NCBI GenBank assembly: GCA_037444405.1 | Contig: JBBIML010000015.1 | Span: 30,303-94,302 of the forward strand | Length of the DNA: 64,000 bases | Direction of reading: 5' to 3' | Source of the DNA: Armatimonadota bacterium | GTDB taxonomy: Bacteria; Armatimonadota; Fimbriimonadia; Fimbriimonadales; GBS-DC | In this document: piece after piece, positions 8,823 through 15,875 of the stretch | How the letters are laid out: every line of letters begins with the position of its first letter | How positions within the stretch are numbered: the stretch's first letter is position 1 | Notes under the pieces: model-generated | Told to the model about the DNA's origin: nothing | The model's database searches: none | What the model saw: the letters and a program-made list of their open reading frames with translations, nothing else | Position numbers and translations under genes: made by a program

Positions 8823-9467
8823 ATGAAACCCGCAGGTTCACGCTTCGGAATGTATGAGCGCGAGAGCGCGGATACGCGCGTCTATACCTCCGTCGATCTG
8901 GACGGCTCCGGGAACGCCCAGATCGGCACCGGCATCGGCTTCTTTGACCATATGCTGGCACAGGTGGCACGGCACGGGCTGATCGATCTGGTCATCGATG
9001 CGCATGGCGACCTGCAGGTGGACGAGCATCATGTGGTGGAGGATGTGGGCATCTGTCTGGGCAAAGCGGTTCAGCAGGCGTTGGGCGATATGCGCGGGAT
9101 CAACCGTTTCGGCTGGGCGATTGTGCCGATGGACGAGGCGCTGGCGCTGGTCGCCATCGATTTCAGCGGTCGCCCCCTGCTGGAATTTGAGGCGCGCTTC
9201 CGCCGCGAGACGGTGGGCACCTTCCCCACAGAGCTGACCGCCGAGTTCTTCCGCGCCTTCGCCACCCACGCCGGCGCCACCCTCCATATCCGCCTGCTGA
9301 ACGCCAGCAACGACCACCATGCGATTGAAGCCATCTTCAAAGCGTTCGCCAAAGCGCTGGAGATGGCGACCCGCTACAACCCGCGCCAGAGCGCTATCCC
9401 GTCCACCAAAGGCTTCGTGGAAGGCGCGAACGAGGAACCGCCGCTGGACGAAGGCGCACTCGGCTGA
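8823..9467 (+). CDS. hisB: imidazoleglycerol-phosphate dehydratase
   Basis: GIGFFDHMLAQVARHGLIDL, DEHHVVEDVGICLG, NDHHAIEAIFKAFAKAL. GAGAGGAG SD 10 nt upstream. Confidence 0.93.
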   Translation: MKPAGSRFGMYERESADTRVYTSVDLDGSGNAQIGTGIGFFDHMLAQVARHGLIDLVIDAHGDLQVDEHHVVEDVGICLGKAVQQALGDMRGINRFGWAIVPMDEALALVAIDFSGRPLLEFEARFRRETVGTFPTELTAEFFRAFATHAGATLHIRLLNASNDHHAIEAIFKAFAKALEMATRYNPRQSAIPSTKGFVEGANEEPPLDEGALG

Positions 9468-9469
9468 CA

Positions 9470-10132
9470 TCAGTTGCTGGAGAAGAAGCCCGGCCAGTTT
9501 TCAGGGTCGAACGGCTTGATCTCGTAGGCGTGGGTCACCTCCTGCAGCACCAGGTGCAGCAGGCGCAGGCGCTCGCAGGTGTCCTGCAGCTCCAGCAGGT
9601 ACTGCTTGAACGGCAAACTCACCTGGAGCGTGCCCGCCACCGCGAACGAGAGCATCACCGGGTCGTCGGGCAGGCGAATCTCGCTGGTGCGCAAGCCGTA
9701 CGGCTCCAGCGCGGTGCGCAGAAACTCGGTGAAGGCGTCGGCGACCGCCTGCGTCAGCACCTGTTGCTCTTCGGGTGAAAAGGGCGGAAAGTCGCGCCAC
9801 GGCTCTATATCAGCCTGTAAATAGGCGGTCAGCCCGCGATGGAGCCGACGGATGCGGAACCGCTCCTCGCCCAGCGCCAGCAGGTGGAACCGCCCATCCT
9901 CCAGCCGACGCAGCCTGCCAATCCGCGCCAGCGTGCCTATCTCGTACGGCTCCGCCTCACCGCCCACTTCGGAACCCTCCCGAATCAGCACCACCCCGAA
10001 CGGCGAGTCGTGTTCCAGACAGTAGATGACCAGCTCCCGATAGCGCGGCTCAAACACATGGAGCGGTATCATCGTGTGCGGGAACAGCACCGTCTCCAGC
10101 GGAAACAACGGCACCCGACCCATTTCGCTCAC
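9470..10132 (-). CDS. LON N-terminal (substrate-binding) domain protein
   Basis: VPLFPLETVLFPHTMIPLHVFEPRYRELV is the typical LON-domain opening. 220 aa. The ORF starts at GTG 10132; ATG 10123 is an alternative. Confidence 0.75.
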   Translation of the reverse strand: MSEMGRVPLFPLETVLFPHTMIPLHVFEPRYRELVIYCLEHDSPFGVVLIREGSEVGGEAEPYEIGTLARIGRLRRLEDGRFHLLALGEERFRIRRLHRGLTAYLQADIEPWRDFPPFSPEEQQVLTQAVADAFTEFLRTALEPYGLRTSEIRLPDDPVMLSFAVAGTLQVSLPFKQYLLELQDTCERLRLLHLVLQEVTHAYEIKPFDPENWPGFFSSN

Positions 10133-10148
10133 TCTACCACCTGCAACG

Positions 10149-10154
10149 ATTATA
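10149..10154 (-). promoter_or_regulatory. -10 box TATAAT upstream of the LON-domain gene
   Basis: Minus strand reads gggTATAATcgttgcAGGTGGtagaGTG. It overlaps the stop region of the upstream hydrolase gene. Confidence 0.4.
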
Positions 10155-11679
10155 CCCGAATCAATCGGCGCAGGGTCGCAAAGCCGCCGATTCGCGCCCA
10201 GCAGGGGAGATTAGACGGCTCTTCAGGGCTTTCAGGCAGGCGGCAACGCACGCCCGTGAGCGCCGCCACTATCGCCGCGACCGCCGCGCCCGCCGAATCG
10301 GCGATCAGATGCACCTGCATGCCCTGCGCCCGCAACGCCTGCACCCGCACCAGCAGCTCGCGCGCCAGCCCTGCGAGCGGGGTCAGATTGTAAGTGTCAA
10401 AGAAGGCGCTTTTCGGCGCAGCGGGCGACGGCACATGCCACACCTGCGCATGCGCACCAGCAGGCAACCCTTCTGGCGGTGTACCCCCCTCGCGAATCAC
10501 CACCATCCACTGCCGTTTCGCGACTGGCTTCCCCTGCGATTCGGGAGCTTCGGGCAGTTCAGGCAGCCCCAGCATGGAGAGCAATGCATCGCGCAGTTCC
10601 CTGCGGAAGGCGCGACGCCGTTGCCAGCGCGACAGGCTCGCCTGCACTGCCGCGCGATACCGCGCGAACACGAAGGCGCCATCGCCAGGCACGAACGGGC
10701 GCGGCAGCGCGTCGCCCCACACCCGCAACGCATGCAACAACTCCAGCGCGTCCACCGATGGGTCGTCCGGCACAAAGTTCAGTTTCAGCACCTGCGCCGC
10801 CCAGCGATAGTAAGCCGCTCGCGCCTCCGCCCCAAACTGATGACCCTCCCTCAGATGCACATGCTGGAACCGTTCCGACGCACCGTATAACTGATACACC
10901 CGACGGATAAAGGGCGCCACATGCTCAGGGTTATCCGCCGTCCAGTCTTCCGAATCGGAAATCAGCAGCATCGGTCGGGGCGCGCAGAGGGCAGCGATTT
11001 CGGGGTTGCAGGCGAACAGGCGCAACAGGGGCGGGTTCTCGCAGATGCAGCCGCCCTGCATGCGTGTGGAGACCATCTTCACGGGCGCGGCACAGCACAG
11101 GCGCGGCTCCACAGCGGCTAACAGAAAGGTCTGCGTGCCGCCGCCCGAAATGCCGCTGCAGCCGATGCGCTTCGCGTCCACCTCGGGCTGACGCGCGAGC
11201 CACTCGAAGGCGCACAGGCTGTTCCAGGTCTGCAGTCCCGCGCGGCTGAAGCCCCAACGATGCCATTCGTCTGGTTCGTCGCCCCCGTGTGGCATCTGCA
11301 GGTGGTCGTTATAGCCGACCATATCGTACATCAGCACCCATGCGCCCGCCTGCGCCAGCGCGATTGCCCGCCGGACATCGGGCGTGTTGAGCCGACCCTG
11401 CGCAAAGTGCCCGTGCGGTTGCAGCATGGCGGGCGCGCGCCGACCTACAGGGCGCTCTGGCAGAAACAGGCTGCCCGTCAGGTAATAACCGGGCAGCGTT
11501 TCCAGCGCGAAGCGTTCGATTCGGAAGCCGTCGCCTGTGTAGGCGTGGGCGCGCAGCGCTCGCAACGGCGCAGGCGGCAACTCCGGCAGCAAGCCGCACG
11601 CCAGCCGCACATGGGCGCGCAATCGTTGCGCGAACGCATCCCACTCCGCGCGGCTCGCCACCCGCGCCATCGACGGCAT
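10150..11679 (-). CDS. alpha/beta hydrolase (acetyl-xylan-esterase-like) with a C-terminal extension of unknown function
   Basis: Nucleophile elbow GCSGISGGGTQTF, esterase-like N-terminal lid, and a ~170-aa extra C-terminal region. Start uncertain (ATG 11679 or 11670; the track gives GTG 11709, which would overlap the MFS gene). Confidence 0.65.
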   Translation of the reverse strand: MPSMARVASRAEWDAFAQRLRAHVRLACGLLPELPPAPLRALRAHAYTGDGFRIERFALETLPGYYLTGSLFLPERPVGRRAPAMLQPHGHFAQGRLNTPDVRRAIALAQAGAWVLMYDMVGYNDHLQMPHGGDEPDEWHRWGFSRAGLQTWNSLCAFEWLARQPEVDAKRIGCSGISGGGTQTFLLAAVEPRLCCAAPVKMVSTRMQGGCICENPPLLRLFACNPEIAALCAPRPMLLISDSEDWTADNPEHVAPFIRRVYQLYGASERFQHVHLREGHQFGAEARAAYYRWAAQVLKLNFVPDDPSVDALELLHALRVWGDALPRPFVPGDGAFVFARYRAAVQASLSRWQRRRAFRRELRDALLSMLGLPELPEAPESQGKPVAKRQWMVVIREGGTPPEGLPAGAHAQVWHVPSPAAPKSAFFDTYNLTPLAGLARELLVRVQALRAQGMQVHLIADSAGAAVAAIVAALTGVRCRLPESPEEPSNLPCWARIGGFATLRRLIRV

Positions 11680-11689
11680 ACATGGCGTG

Positions 11690-12982
11690 TTATGATCCCG
11701 GCTCTGCACGCCACACCTCCACCCGCTCCTTCACCGGGCGCAGCAGCAGCACCGCCAGCACCAGATAGAGCGGCACCAGCGCGAACACCCACCGCCAGCC
11801 GACGCCCAGCCCGTACGCGCGGTTCAACGCATCGCCTAACGGTCCCGCCACCAGCGGCGCCATCACCTGTGGTACGGTCATCGAAATGTGCCAGATGGCC
11901 ATATAGCGACCCGATTCATTAACGGGCACAAGGTTGCTCGCCAGCGCCCAGTCGACGGCAGCGAACGCGCCCCACGCGAAGCCGAACAGCGCGCTCAAGC
12001 CGTAGACCCAGCGCAGGTCAGGCGCGATCAGAAACAGCACCGTGCCGACGCCCATCATCGCAGCGGTGTAGTATAAGACGCGCTTCTTGCTGGTTCGATC
12101 CGCCAGCACGCCTGCCCACCAGTTGCCCAGCACGCCTGTCAGCGTCGCGATTGTCATAATCACAAACGCCTGCATCGGTGCGCCCGCGCCCAGCTTCATC
12201 GTGTCCCGCAAATAATACTCCAGAAAGAACAGCACCGTGTAGAAGCCGAGATTGAACGCGAAGCGCGACAGCACCACCCAGCGGAAGTTCGGATGCTCGT
12301 TCAATAAGATGTTAAAAAACAGGCGCGGGTCGACGCGCCTCTCGTCGGGGTTCGCCGGTTGCCAGCGTGGCTCGCGCAGCCCCAGCACCGTCCAGAGCAT
12401 CGTTATCAGCAGCACCAGCGCCAGCACCGCGCCCACAATCAGCAGGCGCGTGGCGAGCGGGTAGCCCCTGAACAGCAGTGGCGGCTCGTTCAGCGCCAGT
12501 CCCGCCAGCGCCAGCCCTGCCAGATTGCCCACAAGGGTCATCATGCCCATATATGCCGACGCCAGCCCGTGCCGCTCCGGCGGCACATAGTCGGGAATCA
12601 CCGCCTGATAGGGTCCGTTCGCCCAGTTCAGCAGCAGCTGGATCAGCCCGAAGTAGACCACCAGCAGGATGAAGCTCGGCGTGGTCATAAATAGCAGGAT
12701 GAACGGCAGGGTCAGCAGCGTGCCCCACAGGATGAAGGGGCGTCGGCGACCCAGCGGCGAGGTGCAGCGGTCGCTGAGCGGACCTGCGATCAACTCGATA
12801 ATAGTGGAGAGTAGCGCGCCCGTCGCGCTCAGCCAGCCCAGATAGGTGCCTTTCACCTGCGCCGGCACCATCTCCGCCACGCGCACCTGCATCACAATCG
12901 TCAGGAACGCCGCCCAGTGAACGCTCAATCCCAGCCAGAAAATGCTGATCGCCCAGTAATTGACTGCCCGTGTCTCCTTCAA
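11690..12982 (-). CDS. MFS transporter, GPH (glycoside-pentoside-hexuronide)-like
   Basis: PLSDRCTSPLGRRRPFILWGT motif and about 12 hydrophobic segments. The track ORF extends to 13126 only by reading through a REP-like repeat and a TGCTATAAT box. I place the start at TTG 12982 (LKETRAVNYWAISIF), but this is uncertain. Confidence 0.7.
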   Translation of the reverse strand: MKETRAVNYWAISIFWLGLSVHWAAFLTIVMQVRVAEMVPAQVKGTYLGWLSATGALLSTIIELIAGPLSDRCTSPLGRRRPFILWGTLLTLPFILLFMTTPSFILLVVYFGLIQLLLNWANGPYQAVIPDYVPPERHGLASAYMGMMTLVGNLAGLALAGLALNEPPLLFRGYPLATRLLIVGAVLALVLLITMLWTVLGLREPRWQPANPDERRVDPRLFFNILLNEHPNFRWVVLSRFAFNLGFYTVLFFLEYYLRDTMKLGAGAPMQAFVIMTIATLTGVLGNWWAGVLADRTSKKRVLYYTAAMMGVGTVLFLIAPDLRWVYGLSALFGFAWGAFAAVDWALASNLVPVNESGRYMAIWHISMTVPQVMAPLVAGPLGDALNRAYGLGVGWRWVFALVPLYLVLAVLLLRPVKERVEVWRAEPGS

Positions 12983-12991
12983 GATGCAGGG

Positions 12992-13000
12992 ATTATAGCA
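12992..13000 (-). promoter_or_regulatory. extended -10 promoter TGCTATAAT upstream of the MFS gene
   Basis: Minus strand reads TGCTATAATccctgcatcTTGaaggag. Confidence 0.4.
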
Positions 13001-13018
13001 TGGAAAGAGGGAGCAACT

Positions 13019-13063
13019 AAAACCCCTCTCCCCCTTCAGGGAGAGAGGGTATGGGTGAGGGAG
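13019..13063 (-). repeat. REP-like repeat copy; hairpin plus T-run acts as a likely terminator of the upstream (-) gene
   Basis: Minus strand reads CTCACCCATACCCTCTCTCCCtgaaGGGGGAGAGGGGTTTTAG. It shares identical blocks of 17 nt (CTCACCCATACCCTCTC) and 15 nt (GGGGGAGAGGGGTTT) with 15703-15755 on the + strand. It starts 3 nt after the stop at 13066. Confidence 0.7.
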
Positions 13064-13065
13064 AA

Positions 13066-14004
13066 CTACACCTCCAGACCCGTTGACATCATGTCCCGTG
13101 ATAGAATCAACGCCTCCGCTAACCACTCCAGCGAGTCGATCAGCCGCGGTCCAGGGCGACTGAAGAAGGCGCTACCATCGGCGATGAACACCGCGCCACA
13201 CCGAACCGCGGGCAACTCGCGCCAGCCCGGCATCGACTCCAGGATCGGCATATCCAGCCGCGTGCGCTCAACGCTGAACCCGCAGCAGGCAATCACGATC
13301 GCCTCCGGCTGCCATGCCTGCACTTCCTGCCAGTGGAGCCGTCGGGACGGCTTGCCTGCCACACCGTGCCCGTCGATGCCACCCGCCAGCGCAATCAACT
13401 CCGGCGTCCAGTGCCCGCAAGCAAACGGCGGATCGATCCATTCCAGAAACGAGACGCGCACAGGGGGCAGACCCGAGCAGCGCTCGCGCACCCGCTCGAT
13501 GCGCTCACGGCAATCGGCAATCAATCGCTCGCCACGCTGCGGCACGCCCGCCGCCTCCGCCACCTGCCGAAAGGTGTCCAGCACCTCCGCCAGCGTGGTC
13601 GGCTCCAGATTCAGCACCTGCGGACGCGGATGAAGCGACTCCACTGCCTCCAGCACCGCGTTCTGCGACACAGCGCACACCGAGCAGAGTGCCTGCGTCA
13701 AAATCAGATCAGGCTTCAGCTGCTGCAACAGCGTCGTATCAATTGTGTAGAGCGTGGCGTGGGTGAGCAGCGTTTCGGACACCATGCGGTCAATCTCGCC
13801 GCTGGGCAAATCGGGTGGGATGAGACTACGCGTGATAATAGGCTTGGTCAGCACCTCTGGCGGATAGTCGCACTCGTGGCTGCGGGCAATCAGGCACTCG
13901 CCCAGCCCCAGCGCATACACAATCTCTGTTGCGCTCGGCAAAAGCGACACGATCCGCACGCGCCCATTATACCACCCAGCGACGCCCATCGCCCAGTAAC
14001 TCAA
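13066..14004 (-). CDS. periplasmic-binding-protein type 2 fold (cobalamin/iron-siderophore binding, BtuF-like)
   Basis: RIVSLLPSATEIVYALGLGECLIARSHECDYP and PDLILTQALCSVC are typical of Peripla_BP_2. No obvious signal peptide. Alternative start at 13989. Confidence 0.7.
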   Translation of the reverse strand: MSYWAMGVAGWYNGRVRIVSLLPSATEIVYALGLGECLIARSHECDYPPEVLTKPIITRSLIPPDLPSGEIDRMVSETLLTHATLYTIDTTLLQQLKPDLILTQALCSVCAVSQNAVLEAVESLHPRPQVLNLEPTTLAEVLDTFRQVAEAAGVPQRGERLIADCRERIERVRERCSGLPPVRVSFLEWIDPPFACGHWTPELIALAGGIDGHGVAGKPSRRLHWQEVQAWQPEAIVIACCGFSVERTRLDMPILESMPGWRELPAVRCGAVFIADGSAFFSRPGPRLIDSLEWLAEALILSRDMMSTGLEV

Positions 14005-14058
14005 CGAGTTTTTTGCCAGACCGCCTCCAGAACCCTTGGCATCAGGCGAGTCTTGATA

Positions 14059-14088
14059 TATAATAGGATGTGTTATAATAGGATGTGT
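14059..14088 (+). repeat. perfect 15-bp tandem duplication TATAATAGGATGTGT x2, giving two tandem -10 boxes
   Basis: Units at 14059-14073 and 14074-14088. TTGATA at 14053-14058. About 50 nt upstream of the ATG at 14136. Confidence 0.8.
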
Positions 14089-14135
14089 CTACCCACCAAC
14101 ACCTGCGAGAGGCTAACAAGAGGAGGAGGTCAAAC

Positions 14136-15617
14136 ATGACACGCATGGGTTTGATGGGCAAGACGGTGCGCCTGACGATGGCGCTTGCAAGTATAGCGTT
14201 GACGAGCGCGCTCTTCGCGCAGGGCACATGGACCTGGCAACAACAGTGTAGCAGCAACGAGTGGTCAACCATCTGCCAGGGTTCCATCTGCGGCTACGAC
14301 CAGAATGGCAACCCTGTCTACTGGTACGCGAACAACTGGGGACATATGTACTGCGGCTACTCGCCCGGTTTACCTGGACCTGGCTCTATTGTGCAGTTTC
14401 CTTCAGGTTCAGGGGCGCTACTTGCCAGCAATGTGGACATCCTCAGCGTTACGATAGCCAGTGGCGCTCTGCTGAACTGGAGTTCAGGCACGATGATCCT
14501 GCGCGATCCGAGCGGCGCCAATCCCGGTTCTCTAAGCATTCTCAACGGAGGCACTTTGCTCTGGAGCAGCGGCTCGCTTGTTCTTCAAAACGCCTCGAAT
14601 GGCGATCCCGGCACTTTGACCAACGCGGGGCTGTTGCGCTGGGTCAATAATGTCTCGCGCGGGCTGAGCGGCTTGCTTATCAATCAGAACCAGCTGCTCC
14701 ACGAGGCTGGCGGTACCTACTTCAACACCGCCACTTTGCGCAACACCGCCAGCGCCACCGCCGAAGTGCGCTCAGGAGGCTGGTACAACAACACAGGCAC
14801 CAACTTGGTGGTCAATCTCGGCACGCTGAAAAAGGTCTCGCTCGCTTCCTTCTCCATCTCGGTCAACACCACCAACAGCGGGCTGATTTCGGTGGAAAGC
14901 GCCACGCTCGCTTTCACCAACCTCACCCAGACCGACGGCGAGACTCGCATCTACCGCAACACCACGCTCTCGGTGAGCAACCCGTTCACGATGCAGGGCG
15001 GTAAGCTCACAGGCGCAGGCACGCTCAGCGGCAGCCTCAACAACACCGCGGGCACTATCGCCCCCGGCATCGACGACCCCGACCTGAACCCGCTCGGCAT
15101 CCTGACCCTCAGTGGCAACCTGACGATGGGCGCCGACGCCGCCTTTGAGGTGGAACTCGCGGGCACCGATAACTCCGACCCTGCCAACCCGCAGTACGAC
15201 CGCCTCGTGGTGGACGCGAGCGGAACCACGCGTACGATCCAGCTGGACGGCACGCTGCGCGTGAAGGGTCGGAATGGGTATGTGCCCGCGCCGGGTGATA
15301 CCTTTGATATTCTGGTGCGCACGGGCAGCTACTGGAACTTCTCAGGGGCGTTCCACACGGTGGAGGTGGACGCCGACACGCTGCCGTGTGTGGCGTTTGA
15401 GGTGCAGTACCTGTCCGACCGCGTGCGGTTGGTGGCTCAGGCGGCGGGTAGCCCCGACATCAACCGCGACGGGTGCGTGGACGACGCCGACCTGCTCGCA
15501 GTGCTGTTCGCGTTTGGTCAGACGGGCAGCGGTCTGCCTGAAGACACCAACTGCGACGGGGTTGTGGACGACGCCGACCTGCTGCAGGTGCTGTTCGCCT
15601 TCGGTCAGGGGTGTTAG
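14136..15617 (+). CDS. secreted beta-helix/adhesin-like protein with a C-terminal dockerin-like double repeat
   Basis: Start at ATG 14136 after GAGGAGGAGG. Signal peptide MTRMGLMGKTVRLTMALASIALTSALFAQG. Repetitive G/S/N/T/L-rich segments (GTLSGSLNNTAGTIAPG, LTLSGNLTMG). C-terminus DINRDGCVDDADLLAVLFAFGQTG...[20 protein letters not shown]. Confidence 0.7.
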   Translation: MTRMGLMGKTVRLTMALASIALTSALFAQGTWTWQQQCSSNEWSTICQGSICGYDQNGNPVYWYANNWGHMYCGYSPGLPGPGSIVQFPSGSGALLASNVDILSVTIASGALLNWSSGTMILRDPSGANPGSLSILNGGTLLWSSGSLVLQNASNGDPGTLTNAGLLRWVNNVSRGLSGLLINQNQLLHEAGGTYFNTATLRNTASATAEVRSGGWYNNTGTNLVVNLGTLKKVSLASFSISVNTTNSGLISVESATLAFTNLTQTDGETRIYRNTTLSVSNPFTMQGGKLTGAGTLSGSLNNTAGTIAPGIDDPDLNPLGILTLSGNLTMGADAAFEVELAGTDNSDPANPQYDRLVVDASGTTRTIQLDGTLRVKGRNGYVPAPGDTFDILVRTGSYWNFSGAFHTVEVDADTLPCVAFEVQYLSDRVRLVAQAAGSPDINRDGCVDDADLLAVLFAFGQTGSGLPEDTNCDGVVDDADLLQVLFAFGQGC

Positions 15618-15620
15618 TGC

Positions 15621-15670
15621 CCTCACCCCTGTGCCCCCTCTCCCCAGGCTTGGGGAGAGGGGATTTTGTT
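15621..15670 (+). terminator. REP-like repeat copy forming a perfect 11-bp GC hairpin plus T-run (intrinsic terminator)
   Basis: CCTCACCCctgtgc CCCCTCTCCCC aggctt GGGGAGAGGGG ATTTTGTT, with stem arms at 15635-15645 and 15652-15662. It begins 4 nt after the stop at 15617. A degenerate copy lacking the stem follows at 15675-15700. Confidence 0.7.
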
Positions 15671-15702
15671 AGGGCCTCACCTCCGTGCCCCAGGCTTGTT
15701 AG

Positions 15703-15755
15703 CCTCCTCACCCATACCCTCTCCTCCACAGGCGGGGGAGAGGGGTTTCATTTCT
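15703..15755 (+). repeat. second REP-like repeat copy (hairpin CCCTCTCC/GGAGAGGG plus TTTCATTT)
   Basis: CCTCCTCACCCATACCCTCTCCtccacaggcgggGGAGAGGGGTTTCATTTCT. Near-identical to the reverse complement of 13019-13063. Confidence 0.7.
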
Positions 15756-15821
15756 CCCTCTCGCCGGTGGGGTACGGCTTAAAACCCCGCAAAAAACGGA
15801 GTCCAGTCCCCTGCTGTGCCT

Positions 15822-15829
15822 GCCGATAA
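15822..15829 (+). promoter_or_regulatory. sigma-28 (FliA)-type -10 element GCCGATAA upstream of fliD
   Basis: Exact match to the class-III flagellar -10 consensus GCCGATAA, 47 nt before the ATG. No convincing TAAA -35 at the canonical spacing. Confidence 0.4.
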
Positions 15830-15875
15830 TCGGTCAGGGAACGGAGCAGGTTGACCAGGGGGAGGGAGAATCGCT

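Noticed and set aside
11680-11709. Track start (GTG 11709) of the alpha/beta hydrolase ORF
   Set aside because: It would overlap the MFS gene stop by 20 nt. The ATGs at 11679 or 11670 give a conventional arrangement. Still uncertain.
12983-13126. N-terminal 48-codon extension of the MFS ORF (MVSGG...PHPYPLSLKGERG...)
   Set aside because: The extension is a translation of the REP-like repeat and of a TGCTATAAT promoter box. The first TM helix of the transporter begins just after TTG 12982.
14005-14135. Cobalamin riboswitch upstream of the BtuF-like gene
   Set aside because: Only 131 nt are shared with a divergent promoter region. No B12-box-like sequence was recognised and the space is too short for the aptamer.
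15621-15770. CRISPR-like appearance of the clustered repeats (also the 21-nt repeats at 53323-53427)
   Set aside because: The first cluster has only 2-3 imperfect units with no unique spacers of regular length. The second is an in-frame coding repeat. No cas genes are in the window.
15611-15829. 72-aa + strand ORF
   Set aside because: It is a read-through of the tandem REP-like repeats (PLSPGLGRGD...) and is not coding.
15781-15829. Complete sigma-28 promoter for fliD
   Set aside because: Only the -10 GCCGATAA is convincing. The nearest TAAA lies about 34 nt upstream, which is the wrong spacing. The feature is therefore reported as a -10 element only, at low confidence.
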